NCBI GenBank assembly: GCA_044892525.1
Contig: CM097887.1
Span: forward strand, 51,584,001 to 51,648,000
Origin: Schmidtea polychroa
Lineage: Eukaryota
Reading direction: 5' to 3'
Length of the DNA stretch: 64,000 nt
Below are positions 13,460-25,437 of this stretch, one piece after another. The position numbers were made by a program, and so were the translations under genes. The notes under the pieces are model-generated. The model made no database searches. It saw only the letters and a list, made by a program, of their open reading frames with translations, and was not told where the DNA came from. Positions within the stretch are counted from its first letter, which is position 1, and each line of letters begins with the position of its first letter.

Positions 13460-14244
13460 AACTAAATGATTAAAATATATATGATGACCAATTATTTCCA
13501 ATCGAAAATTTAAAATTTTAGTTTATAAAATGAATTTTAATAAATTGAAACAAAAAGAAATAATTTATAGAGAATTATTATAAAAATATCTTATCAATTG
13601 TTGACAAATGGGGGAAAATTGGAAATGAATTATATAAAAAATTGATTGAAATTTTCATATTGATGCCTGTCAGCCGGAAAATTAAAATGAATTAAATAAT
13701 GGACAAAATGATACGGGTGTCATCTTTCAGATTAGAGTTTCTCAAAAATTTCTCCAGAGACAATAAATAAAATTTAATCAAATAAATATAAATTAAAATT
13801 CAACAGAAAATTTATTCAGAAAAAATAAATAATTTGTTGAAATATTTTTATTTTATTTTTTTCTGATTTTGATTAAGTTTATGCTAGACTATTAAATTTA
13901 GTTTTGATTTCAATTTGAAATGAAATTTGAATATAATAATATATAATATAATATATATCATTTTAATGTTAAAAAATAGTATTTGTCATTGAGTCTTTCA
14001 CATTGTACTATGACAGCTAAACTAATCCACCATTAGAAATTGCAGCGAGTATTACAACACACTTTATTCTTACTGAGTTAGTTATCCACCAATCAAATGA
14101 TAACAGTGACTGCGATTTCATTACAAATTTTAATTGTGTTTATATCAATTTGGAATTACAAGGTTAGTAAGTTTTTATACTCCTAGTTTTCAAAAACTGT
14201 AAATGTATTTATATATTTGATAAAAAAGTAATAATGGTTTAGAA

Positions 14245-15229
14245 CAGGGATGGGGAACCTGCAGCCTTTGGGCCGCAAGCGGCCTCCCGGAACTTCATGT
14301 GCGGCCTACGGAGCCTTATCCATGAATTTTGAGGATTTACAAATAAAAATACTTGTAAATATATACCGTACTGTACAATCATCCCGCCGAGTACAAAGAA
14401 CGAAATATAAAAGTCAATCATTCACACCCATAAATACAAAACGTCTGTAGACAAATAAATAAGATTATTGAGCACTCATTTGTGAAATGATGACTTATTT
14501 GCATCAATTTTTCGATTCAGAAATAATAAACATTTTCCAGAATATTTCGTACAGCTGCATTTTTCAAATCTGGAGACATGGTTTTAATTACCAACTGTAT
14601 ATAAACAAAAGATTTCGAATGAAATTAATTAATGTTAAAATACTTTATGACTGCGGCTCCATTTGAAGGCGACAAATTTCAATGTGGATTATGGAAATAA
14701 AAAGGTTCCCCACCCAGCGCCGTCTCTTCCATTGTGTTAACTGTGCTAAGCACAGGGGGCGCCTTGAGTGAAGGGGCGCCGTAAATTTTATAAAAGTCAT
14801 AAATTTGATAAAATTGAAAAAAAATTGAAAAATTATAAAAAAAACAAAATTAAAGAAAATCGAAAAAAAAATTAGTTTAATATACAAATTAAAATTTTAA
14901 ATATATGCAAAAATAATTATTATTTTTTGACATTTTTGTTTATAAGTTTTAAAACTTTAAAAAATTGAGAAGGAAATTTTGTAATAATCTAGTTATCCAC
15001 ATTTACGAATTAATTTTGAAATAAAAGGTGAAAAGAATATATTTTTTTATTACAATTTATAACTTTACATTTTTTAAAGATATCCCTGTAAAATAAAAAT
15101 GGAAAAGAAAAAATTATCCGGATGTGCTTGACATAATATATTTTTATAAAAATTGTTTTTTTAGGGGCGCGTTATAGTTTATAGCACAGGGGCGACAAAT
15201 TTCTAAAGACGCCGTTGTCCCCACCCCTG
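14245..15229. mobile_element. hAT MITE whose right TIR is interrupted by a second hAT element
   Basis: Left TIR CAGGGATGGGGAACCT. The right TIR AGGTTCCCCACCCCTG is split by the nested insertion. 8-bp TSD GTTTAGAA at 14237 and 15230. Confidence 0.88.
14715..15217. mobile_element. Nested non-autonomous hAT; deletion derivative of the 42482-43408 family
   Basis: TIRs CAGCGCCGTCT / AGACGCCGTTG. 8-bp TSD TCCCCACC at 14707 and 15218. Near-identical ends to the inverted copy at 42482-43408. Confidence 0.9.
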
Positions 15230-15237
15230 GTTTAGAA

Positions 15238-15755
15238 CCTTCGTTCTCATATTGTGTTCCGCGAAAAAATCAAATGTACAACCCAATTAAAAATTGTTTG
15301 AAAATTGTGAGGTGTTTTCAGCTGAGAATTAAATATTTCAAAATAATTTTAAATGATAAATAATTGACTATTTAAAATAATTTTTAAAAGCATTTTTAAA
15401 TTGAAATTTTTAAATTAAAAAAACCTTTTATTTTGAACCGAATTTAAAAAATAATTTAGAAGATGTGTTAGCAGCTTCTAATAAAAATAAAAATCAATTT
15501 AAAATAAAATTTACACGTACCATTCGGTTTTTATTGAATAAAAATATCTTTCGGGTTAAAATTACTTGGAAACATAAAATATTATCGCAGTTATGGAGTG
15601 TTTTTCAGAACATTATTTTTTTATTGCTCTTTTTGTTTCAAAAAGGTTAGCAACCCGTGCCCCTGTTTTAAAGTTTATGCTGTATTGTAGATGTTCCGCC
15701 TAAAGATAAATCAGAATTCAGTGTTCCCCGACTTCAAAAAGTTTGAGAATCAAGG
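15238..15755. mobile_element. hAT-type MITE inserted at the same GTTTAGAA site
   Basis: Imperfect TIRs CCTTCGTTCTCA / TGAGAATCAAGG, flanked by GTTTAGAA at 15230 and 15756. Confidence 0.7.
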
Positions 15756-18210
15756 GTTTAGAAAATTGATATCTGAATGATTACAATTGTTTTTAGTAAA
15801 ATAGAAAGCAAAATTGTAAACCTATATTATTTCAAAAAATTGTTCAATTGTAGTAGGTTTAACATCTGACTGATCTTTGTTTGAAATATTTTGGAATATC
15901 GATTTAAATTGTATTGTAGTTATGATATTGTTGAGTTATTATAGTTAAAGTTAGTGCTGACTCGCACTGTCGAGCTCTTTGTCTCTAATCTCAAATAAGA
16001 CCTAACAGAATACTATATTAAATGTCAACAAGTTTCTACACGAAGTTGTCAATTACATTAGTTTTCGCACTGCATTCTTCTAGAAAAATCAAATGAAGCA
16101 AGTGATCTTAACGGAGACCGTCTTTTTATCAGATTTCAATACGATTTTTCCCTTTTACAAATTTTGACTTGGGTTTTCCCAATTGGTAATAAATTATTTA
16201 TTTATTTTTATTTAATTTATATTTATTGATTTTATTTTTCTGGGGCCCTTATTGATTTTATTTTATTATGTTCATGTTAATTTTGAATTTTGTAAGTTTT
16301 GGCATTTTTTATTTGCACATTTAAAATTTATTTTGAGCTACTTTAGACGAACTCCAAAAATATCAACAAACTTGAGTATATTGTTAGGATTATTATCTTT
16401 ACTCAAGAACACTAGAAGTTCAATAATAACTCAATAACCGATAAAATATTCATTTCATTTGTATAATGAAACCCCACAACCTTATTATTTGATGTAGCCT
16501 GATGGTAGAGTCAGCGTTCTATTTTTTGTTTTCCATGAGTTGCATCGCGAAGGAAATGCCTTTCAAAATTTTGGGTAATTTACAAAAATGTTATGGGAAT
16601 CATAGATTTAAATGAATATTTAAATTAATAATAATAATTAACATAAATAATGTGAATTGGTTAGCATAGTATATTCCATATTTAGGATATTCTCTTGGTC
16701 TCAAATGATCATTAAGAATTTTTGGTAAATTAAATTTGACTAAATTAAAATAAATTACTAAAAATAGCAATATAATATAATAAAAAACAAAATGTTACTT
16801 AATCCATTAGTTACTGTAATCCCCAAATGGAGATTAGTATATTTTTCAGTTCTAATTTTAAAAGATGATATCACTGGACACTTGCAGTTGGTAGATTTTA
16901 GCAACTTATCATTTTCCAGTCACAGTCGCTTGAACACGTGGTTTTATACTGTGAATGTCACATACTATATAATTCATCAATATTAAAGTAATTTTAAAAA
17001 AAATATTAATTTTAAAAATCTGGGAAGTAATGTGTTAATATAATAAATTTAAATTATCGGTTAGGTTTGTATGTTAATTAATTACTGTTGTAGTGTATTA
17101 TTAAATTTTTTTAAATTTTTTTTGTGAATTGTAATTAAAATAATAATGTATGGTTACTTTTATTATTATGTACTGTATGTAAAAAAAAACTAGAAAAACT
17201 ATATAGTGATAATTTACTATAGTGAATTATTACTATAGAAAGATTTAAAACACAAATAAAAAATCCATAAAATTAATTAATATAAAAAGAAGCAGAAAGC
17301 TAACCAAAATTTCAAAGGGAAACTGAGTAACCTACAATCGTAAAAGGAAATTAAAGAAAAATAAGAACTATTTTTTCTATTTTATCTGTTTGAAATTTTT
17401 TTTATTTTGTGTATATGAATTATTGTAAGTTATATTTTAATTGATCTTAATTAAGTTATCTAATCTTTTCATTGTTATTTATTTTTTTATATTACACATC
17501 AAATACAAACACCCAGTTTGTTTTGAGACAAGTTTTACTGGTGACTCTTCTGGGTTCTTCAAATTTTCCTTATCCAGCATATATAACACGTATATACATT
17601 GACGATAACATAATAACTATATATAATTATAACACGTATATACCTAAGAGTTCATAACAACTATATTCAATCCAATTGTCTCGATATCTAACTAGTGACT
17701 CTATTGGGTTCAATAAATTTCTTATAAAACTTATCATTATTCAATTTGAAAAATATGAAGTCAACATACGTGAAGAAACATAATTGAAACAAATTGTATT
17801 CGAGTAAAACTTTCAATTATAAAATAATTCTTTTTTTAATATTAATTATAAATGATGCTGTAATTTTTAAAATTGATTTTTTTTTCAAATTTTTTTTATA
17901 ATTTGTTAGAAATAATTTTTTCAAAAAGAACAGTCATCGACTAAGCAAAAGGGAAAGATATTGCATTTAAAAGATCAGTTATGATTCGTATAAGATTAAA
18001 GAGGATTGATTTTTATATTAAAAATTCTTTTTGAATTATATATATAGTAAAGACTTAAAATTATTACTCACTTAATTTATATGATTTTTAATTATTGTTA
18101 TTAATTATTGATTATTATTTATACAAAATTAAAATTTAAAATAACCACTTTGATCTAGTCATTGACTTTTGATGTGATTTATTGTCCGCGTGTTACCATT
18201 TTTAACTCTA

Positions 18211-18227
18211 TATTATTGTTATTATTA

Positions 18228-18294
<67 letters not shown>
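18211..18294. repeat. (ATT)n microsatellite
   Basis: Directly visible trinucleotide run. Confidence 0.95.
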
Positions 18295-19179
18295 TAATAA
18301 AATTAATTATAAAAAAATTTGTAATTTTTTATTAATGTTAAAATAATTATTTTATTTAATTAATAAATATTTTAAATTGTAAGTTTATTAATTTTTCATA
18401 GTTTTTTATTTACGCACTTAAGAAATTTGAAAGAAATTTTATATAATTAAGAATTTTAAATAGAAAAATGCATTGAACTGTCTAATAATTATAATAAAAT
18501 TGATATTTTCTCCCATTTCCTGAATGTGTATTTGTTTCATTTGTCAAATCATAGGGGTTGGAGTAAATTACGAAATTAAAGAAATTTAAACAAATAAATT
18601 TATCATAACAGACTTGTATCCTCCTGGGACTCATTCCGTTCATAGATTATGAGCTTGTTAAATAATTTTCATCTAAATTACCCAACAAAATACGAATCAT
18701 TTATTTTTAATTTATTTTGTCGAATTTATGAAAATTATCAAATTACTCTCAGCTGCTTAATGCTATATTTTATCCAATTTTTCCTGCCGTCTATTATTTA
18801 TTGCAGAACTCAAATGGGAAATTTGCAAGTTTCACTGTTATAATTTATTTATTGTTTAACTAGACTTTCCTAATAAAGATATTGAGGTGAATTATTAATA
18901 AATAATTTGTTCAGTGGCATCTCCAACTACTTTCTTGTATAGTTTAGCTATAAATTAAATATACGAAATATTCTAAATGAAATTTTCTCTTTTAATAAAT
19001 CGGAAGAATTGAAGCTTATTAAATTCCATTGCAAAGAATTGTGTATTGCATTTGAGTTTTATGTGTTTAAATCAAAGAAAAATAATGGGATTTTAATAAA
19101 ATATTATATTTATTATATAAATATTTGTTAATTAAATAATATTTAGTGAGCTCGCTGAACCATATGCTTACTTGTTAAG

Positions 19180-19620
19180 GTCATTGGAGGCCAAGGTCAT
19201 TTAAGGGTCAAAATGTCGTTTTAAGGTCTGAAAGTCGATTTAAATGTCAAAATATAAGGCCAAGGTTGATTTAGAGTCATTCAAAAGTTGAGAGGATCAG
19301 TTAATGGTTTAAATGATGATTAAAGAGTAAAGATTTAAGGGTAAGTTAGATTTAAGAGTCTCTTATAAGTCAGGTTAGGTTAAGTTGATTTAGAGTTATT
19401 TTATGATAAAAATGTAGGTTTGGGGGAAGAAATGATGGTTAAAGCAAGCTCGATTTAGACTCATTATAGGGTAGACAAGATGGATCTCTTAGGTAAAGGA
19501 TATTGATTAATAGTCAAACTTTAAGAGTAATGTAGATACAAGGTACGTAATGGGTCAGGTTGGGTTAGATTACTTCTTTGAAAGATTGAAATTGTGGGTT
19601 AACAGGTTATAAATAGTAGT
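19180..19620 (+). repeat. Degenerate ~18-20 bp tandem repeat (AAGGTC..TTTAAG-like); related copy at ~55190-55950
   Basis: Recurrent AGGTC/GTCGATTTA/GATTTAGAGTC words. GGTAAGTTAGATTTAAGAG at ~19340 matches GGTAAGTTAAATTTAAGAG at ~55924. Confidence 0.55.
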
Positions 19621-20239
19621 ACTCTTAACCAACTTAACACAAAATTTAAATAAAAAACAAAATTGACCTACTAAAATTTTCATCTAAAAACACCAATGCA
19701 CTATTTGCTATCGATAACTAACAAAAACAAATACTTTTTGTAAGCACCAAGGATGGAACTAAATTTCAATCAACACATGCTTTTATTTCCCTAAATATTA
19801 TCTCTATTTACACTGATATCGAAACATACTACTGACAGTTAAAGATTATCGTGTTTTACAGTTAAATAAGTCAAATATTCAATGTCTGCTGAAAATCATC
19901 AAGTGGGACTACTATTTCATGAGAATAACAGAATATTAGAGGTTGGGGGAAAATCAAACATGTTTACTGTGATTAATACTATCAAAATTATAAGACCACC
20001 GCAACCCTTCCAACTATCAAATAACCATGCTTTTATAATGAGAATAATTGATAATCAACTTCTTAACAGTCGAATTAATACCTGAAAAACCGGTCCAAAA
20101 AATCCATATTTTTTTATTATATTTTATGAAAGAATAAGTTATTTGGATGTAAGTGATAAGCAAATGTCAACAAAATGTTTATTATTTACTGAAAAAATAT
20201 TTCTTTTGACCAGTAAATTTCTCAATGGATTTGCCGAAT

Positions 20240-20700
20240 CAGTGCCGGCTCAGCAGCTGTGGCGCCCTGTGCACATATAAATTTTTCCACCCCAATTATT
20301 TTTTAAACTTTTTAATAATAAAAATACTGGGGAAAATGTATGAATATATTTATTTAAAATTTAAGAGTTATTTATATTTTTATTCAATATTTAAGAGTTC
20401 ATTAAATCCATTAACAATAAAATCATAATTTAGTAATCCTATCTTCAAGAAATTTCCAAATCATAAGATATGCTTACTGCTCTTGGTATGTTGATTTAAA
20501 AACTAATCTTTCGAGCGTTTATAGGAGCAAACCTGACAATTAATTCCTACTCATTTAAATTTTTGGATATTTCACGTTCAATTGACAAAGTGGCCAGGAC
20601 ATCTATTCGTTCTTGTCTCATTGTAGAGCGTATATAGGTTTTAATTAGTTTTAATTTAGAAAATGTCCTTTCAGCACTAGCTACTGATAATTATTTTGTT
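20240..20700 (-). mobile_element. hAT remnant with C-terminal dimerisation domain
   Basis: Minus strand reads 'SVASAERTFSKLKLIKTYIRSTMRQERIDVLATLSIEREI'. A CAGTGCCGG terminus with GGCGCCC subterminal motif lies at 20240. Confidence 0.8.
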
Positions 20701-20908
20701 TTCCAAAACTTTGGGTGATGGCTCTATTTAATTATTCGATAGAGGAATGAATAGTTATATAAAAGTAAGTGACACTTTTGGGCAAATACCAGTTGGCCGA
20801 AGAGATGAAACTACGATATCATGATAAAAAAGGCTTAGAATTGTTAATTAAAATTGGTGAGAAGAGAAAAATCATTGCCAAATCTGATAGAAGCGTTTCT
20901 CCTTAGGG

Positions 20909-21868
20909 CAGTGGTTTCCGACCCGGGAGGCGCGGTCTATGGCTAGGGGAGGCGCCAAAACTTTTGTGTAAAAAATAGTTTTCATACCATAATTATTATT
21001 TCGTCATTTTTAGCACTTCGAGTTTAAAATTACCAAATAAAAATAACAAAATTTAAACTCTTTTACACAATAACAAGAAATGTCAAATTCCAGGCATTCT
21101 TTACCTTTAAACATCAAGATAAAAGAAAATAACTATATATATAAAGAAATATATAAAATCACTCTACATTTTGATCTTCCGAGCAGCTTACACAAATTAC
21201 CGCATGAAACGCATACTGTCGAATATTTTCTGTTAAGATTTCGAGGGCAAGGTATGCAACTTTCTATGGCTGGTCGAACTTCATTTTGAGATTGTTCTTG
21301 TAAAATATTGTTACTATGAAGTGCATAATATGTCGGCGTTGTGTTCGTGTGAGGGTTTGTATAATACTTCTATATTTCATGTAGTCATCAAAAATAGAAA
21401 AATCTAATGTTTTGAGATATTTTTTCTAGGTTTTATAAATATTTTCAAGCAAAAAAAAATACGTAATCGGTCGCGTGGGGTGGTAACAAGCCCACGCGCA
21501 AACAAAAATCTGCTCTACTCAGGCGTCGTGTGAAAACTCAGCCGTGCATATATTGCAAAGTGTGTACTTGTTATTTAAGCAGCTACTGAGACATACACAC
21601 CTGTAACTTAAATAATTAAAATTTTATGTCGGTTTTTTAAGCTCCGGCCTTTAAAGATCCCACGCGACCGACGATGTAAGAAAAATGTTCGTATGTTATA
21701 GCAAAACCTTGTTTATATTCTGTTAATTGTAGTTTTAATTTTTATGTAATAAAGTTATTATTGTTTAAAACGTGTTTATATTATTATATATATTAAAATA
21801 AAGATGGAGAGGTGCCAAGAAAAAATTTTGTGGGGGAGGCGCGGTAGCATAAAGGTTGGAAAACGCTG
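20909..21868. mobile_element. Non-autonomous hAT (Charlie/Buster-type)
   Basis: TIRs CAGTGGTTTCCGACC / GGTTGGAAAACGCTG. 8-bp TSD CCTTAGGG on both sides. Confidence 0.88.
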
Positions 21869-22219
21869 CCTTAGGGTAATATGCTTTCAATTGTTATTAA
21901 AAATTGCAGTAAAAGTAATCGAGAACTTTGATTTCATGAAAATAACAGAACATGAATAAATAGAACATAAAGTAGATTAAATGATAAAACAGAACTGCGA
22001 CTAAACAGAACATGGAAAAAACATTTAAATATTTGAGTAAATAATATTAAAATTATGAATCAGTTACTTTACAAGACAAAATTAATAAAAGGATAAAATT
22101 TTGACTTTACAGGAAATTTTTAAAAAAATCTTTTAAATGCCATTTGAAGAGTTTTGGTTAGTTTTAGCTCTTTTCAGCAAATCTTTCGTGATGTTATCCA
22201 GAAATACTGTATAAAATTA

Positions 22220-23170
22220 TTGCAGGTTGGCCATTTGACGTAAAAACTTTAATTTATCCTCTATTCTAGTAATCCTGAACAACTAGTGTCGAATACTATT
22301 TTTTTAATTTCTGGGTGACTTATTTGAACATTGTCTAATATTCGTCGCTGAAAAGCTATGTATTCTCTCAATCCTTCGAATAGACTCCAAATGCTTGGGT
22401 GACTGCAGTGGAACAACGAGTTTAAAGCGTTGTGAAAGCCCTCACAACAATTTGTAGTTCTCAGTAGCAGCATCAAAATGATTCCAATTTTGAATTGGAA
22501 AGAGAGGTGATCTTCCTGGAACTCCTTCAATATAAATTGAATAGAAATATGTGAGCATTTCATTGTATTGATTTTCATTCGGAAATGTGTCTGCGAGTTG
22601 GTTAAAAACAGTTCTCATGTCTTGTACTGTCTCTAAAGTTCCATCTCCATAAATCACATATTTTGCTAACTCCGACAGAATATCAGGATTTCCAATTGCT
22701 CGTATTCTTTCTATGTCATCAGTTCCCGTATCATATAAAATGAGGTCAGCATATTTACTTGGTATAAAAAAATTTGTTTTAGTTGAATTTGGAATGTGAC
22801 TCGTTTTTTTATAATTAAAAAGACTTCGAGTAAGTGAAGATTGTTTTGGTAAATGTTCCAAAATATCCATATTTATTTCTGCTTAGACATTTCCCATGAC
22901 ATTCCAAGGAGTTGTACCAACACACTTCATTTGCTGTTTTATCATAGTCTTCAAACTGTTTGCTTGTGCCTTTTGAGGATTTGAATCATGTCAATGATGT
23001 GGGATATTTCCAAAAATATTTTCTTTATTTGTCTTCAAGAATGCTTTACACTTGGTATGAAAATAATCTCTGCATCTCCATGTAATCACTCGACTCGTAT
23101 TTGTTCTGTACTTTGTATATTTATATCCGTGGTACAGTAGGACTAGTCATCCTTTCTTCGTGTTAATTGA
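22220..23170 (-). mobile_element. Mutator-like (MULE) transposase remnant with FLYWCH finger, internally deleted
   Basis: 'LLYHGYKYTKYRTNTSRVITWRCRDYFHTKCKA' (FLYWCH-like), 'VIYGDGTLETV' (first catalytic D region) and 'RTTNCCEGFHNALNSLFHCSHPSIWSLFEGL' (MULE C-terminal motif). Frameshifted. Confidence 0.8.
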
Positions 23171-23828
23171 AATTATGACTTCTTTTAAAAAGAATTTAAA
23201 AATTTTTTTAATTGTTATTATTCAACATTATTTTAACAAGCATATGTGTTTTATGCAAATAATTATATATTTAAATGTTTTTTCAAGGTTCTGTTATGTC
23301 ACAGTTTTGTTCTTGCAATTGTCTTTTATATTATCTTCGGTTTTGTCCCGTTTCCGAGAACTTCGTATCAAATGTATTAACATTTAATAAAGTGTTTTCT
23401 GTTGGATATTATCTTAATAATTGAGATAAAGAGCACGTAGAGTAAAAGTCAGTACCGACTTTAACAAAAATAACCCAACAATTGGAACATATTTATAATT
23501 TATAATGTAGTGTATTTCGAATATTAATGACTCAAAACTGCATTACAGATGCAATTTAATACATGAGTAATATCAGATCCTATAGTGAGCTCGGTTTGAA
23601 ACATGTTTACGGTCACTAACAAATTGAAATCATAAGATCAAACATATCTAACCACCACGACTCATTTCTATATTCAATCAACCGATAACCATGCTTTACT
23701 GATGATACTGACAGATTTCCACAAGTTCTTATCCCAATTACTTTTGGTTTGCTAATTCTATCGTGACCATTATTATTTAAAATATTAATAAATTTTATAA
23801 TATTTTACTAATATATATATATATATAT

Positions 23829-24669
23829 TGTTGGGGTTAGAGCAAAAACAAAATAAATTTCACATGGTACCAGAAAGCAGAACAAAAATTGGTAAAATCA
23901 ATATAAGTACAAAATTAATTAAAATTTAATGAAAATTAAAAATCAATATTGAACGGGGGTATCGGGTATGGTTGAATGCCAAATTGTTAGACGAGGTTAG
24001 AAAGCATAATAAAAATGTAATAGGGTGATCATAGAAAAACTTAATAAGGAAAAACAAATTAATTAAAATTAATTAATCTGTAATGGAAAGCCCGAGCCAA
24101 TGGAAAGCCCGAGCCAATGGAAAGCCCGAGCCAATGGAAAGCCCGAGCCCATGGGAAACCCGAGCACTGAAGAAAACCCGATGCGCAGTGAGACCCGAGA
24201 CACCAGATAAGGTAATAATAGTTCGATTTATAATTTCAGGGTAAACAAATTAAAATAATTATCAAACCTTTCAATATTAACTTAGGGTGCCCGGGGAAAC
24301 AATTAATTTGAATTTGCTAGATAATTGGCCTCTTAGACACATTATAAAAGGAGAGCTTAGAAATGAGCAAGCCGCCATTTGGTCGAAGAGAAAAAGGAAA
24401 AAGCTAAACAGAAAATCCAGCAAGGACAAGTCAAAAGAGGAAATTTGTGAATTATAAAGAAGCTAGACTCGTACAAGAAAAGGTAATTGCCCCTTGGGTT
24501 CTATACCTTAACGAGACAAATTTGAATTGAGAAAAAGGTGCAAATAGTGACAAATTGTAATTGTGATAAAAATCAAATAAAGTTATTTTGTGTTGAGTTT
24601 CCATTGATTTGGTAAAATAAGAGCACGAGGAGTCAGAGAAAGGACCGACTTACAAATAAAAACTCAACA
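23829..24669 (+). repeat. 5' LTR (841 bp)
   Basis: Begins TGTTGGG and ends CTCAACA (terminal inverted repeat). The first ~340 bp are near-identical to 37727-38040. AATAAA at ~24577. Internal 17-bp tandem repeat. Confidence 0.95.
24082..24166 (+). repeat. 17-bp tandem repeat within the LTR (AATGGAAAGCCCGAGCC x4 plus one degenerate unit)
   Basis: Directly visible. The 3' LTR has only 2 units plus the degenerate one. Confidence 0.95.
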
Positions 24670-24672
24670 TTT

Positions 24673-24690
24673 TGGTGAGCCCGACGTGAT
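24673..24690 (+). promoter_or_regulatory. Primer-binding site complementary to tRNA-Trp
   Basis: TGGTGAGCCCGACGTGAT lies 3 nt after the LTR end. It differs by one base from TGGTGACCCCGACGTGAT, the complement of the vertebrate tRNA-Trp(CCA) 3' end. Confidence 0.88.
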
Positions 24691-25095
24691 CAAGTCGGCA
24701 GTGGATATTGTGGAAAAGTGAAAAGATAAAATTTAATATAATTGAAAGTTGAATATAATTGCCGAGATATAAAGTTGAAATTAAATTTGTTAAAGAGAAA
24801 TTAAATTGAAAAAGAAAAAAAAAGAGAAATTGAACAAATTGTGCAGTTGAAATAAAAGAGTGAAAGTTAACAAAATTTAAAAGATATTAAAATAAAGTTG
24901 TGGAAAAGTTTCAAAAATTTATAAAAACTATTATTGGAAATTAATTCAAAATTAAAACAAAAGGTAAAGTTAAAAATTGTAATTTTTTAAAATTTAGACG
25001 AGAAACAGTTGTCCAAGAGAAATTATACAATCTGAGAAGTAAAAAACACTTGGAAAATATGGACGAGCAACTCAAATATCAATGAACAAATCCCA

Positions 25096-25437
25096 GTGTC
25101 TACTACTCAAGCGAACAATGGAAATGATTATGCCAGTTGTCAAAAATTACCAGTTGAGCAATATGGAGGAGATCCAGTCGAATTTGTTGACTTTATGGCA
25201 GATTATTACATGTATGCTACAGCTTATGGATGGAGCCAAGCAACTATGGTACAACGCCTACCATTATATTTAAAAGGAGCTGCGCGAGAGGCTTGGCAAC
25301 AGATTGATAAACGACCTATAGCAAATGATTGGACAAGATTGAAAGATGCGTTGGCAGCCAAGTTGATCGGAGGAGATATAAAGAGAATGATGCGTAAAAG
25401 TTTTACAGTCGAGTGCAAAAGCCCGATGAATCTATAA
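25096..25437 (+). CDS. gag: Gag N-terminal/capsid segment; frameshifts into the next ORF at ~25395
   Basis: 'FVDFMADYYMYATAYGWS...LPLYLKGAAREAW...WTRLKDAL' is a retrotransposon capsid motif. Restoring one A in CGTAAAAG joins it to 'FYSRVQKPDESISEF'. Confidence 0.88.
   Translation: MSTTQANNGNDYASCQKLPVEQYGGDPVEFVDFMADYYMYATAYGWSQATMVQRLPLYLKGAAREAWQQIDKRPIANDWTRLKDALAAKLIGGDIKRMMRKSFTVECKSPMNL

Noticed and set aside
19940-20070. Weak similarity to 23595-23730
   Set aside because: Patchy AT-rich match with no termini or coding signal, so it cannot be classified.
21467-21671. Perfect 13-bp inverted repeat TCGGTCGCGTGGG inside the hAT at 20909-21868
   Set aside because: No flanking TSD, so it is not supported as a separate element and is probably an internal motif.
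24082-24166. Regular direct repeats resembling a CRISPR array
   Set aside because: The units are head-to-tail with no spacers, lie inside an LTR of a eukaryotic retroelement, and no cas genes are present.
24673-24690. tRNA-like sequence
   Set aside because: Only 18 nt complementary to a tRNA 3' end, with no cloverleaf. It is a PBS, not a tRNA gene.
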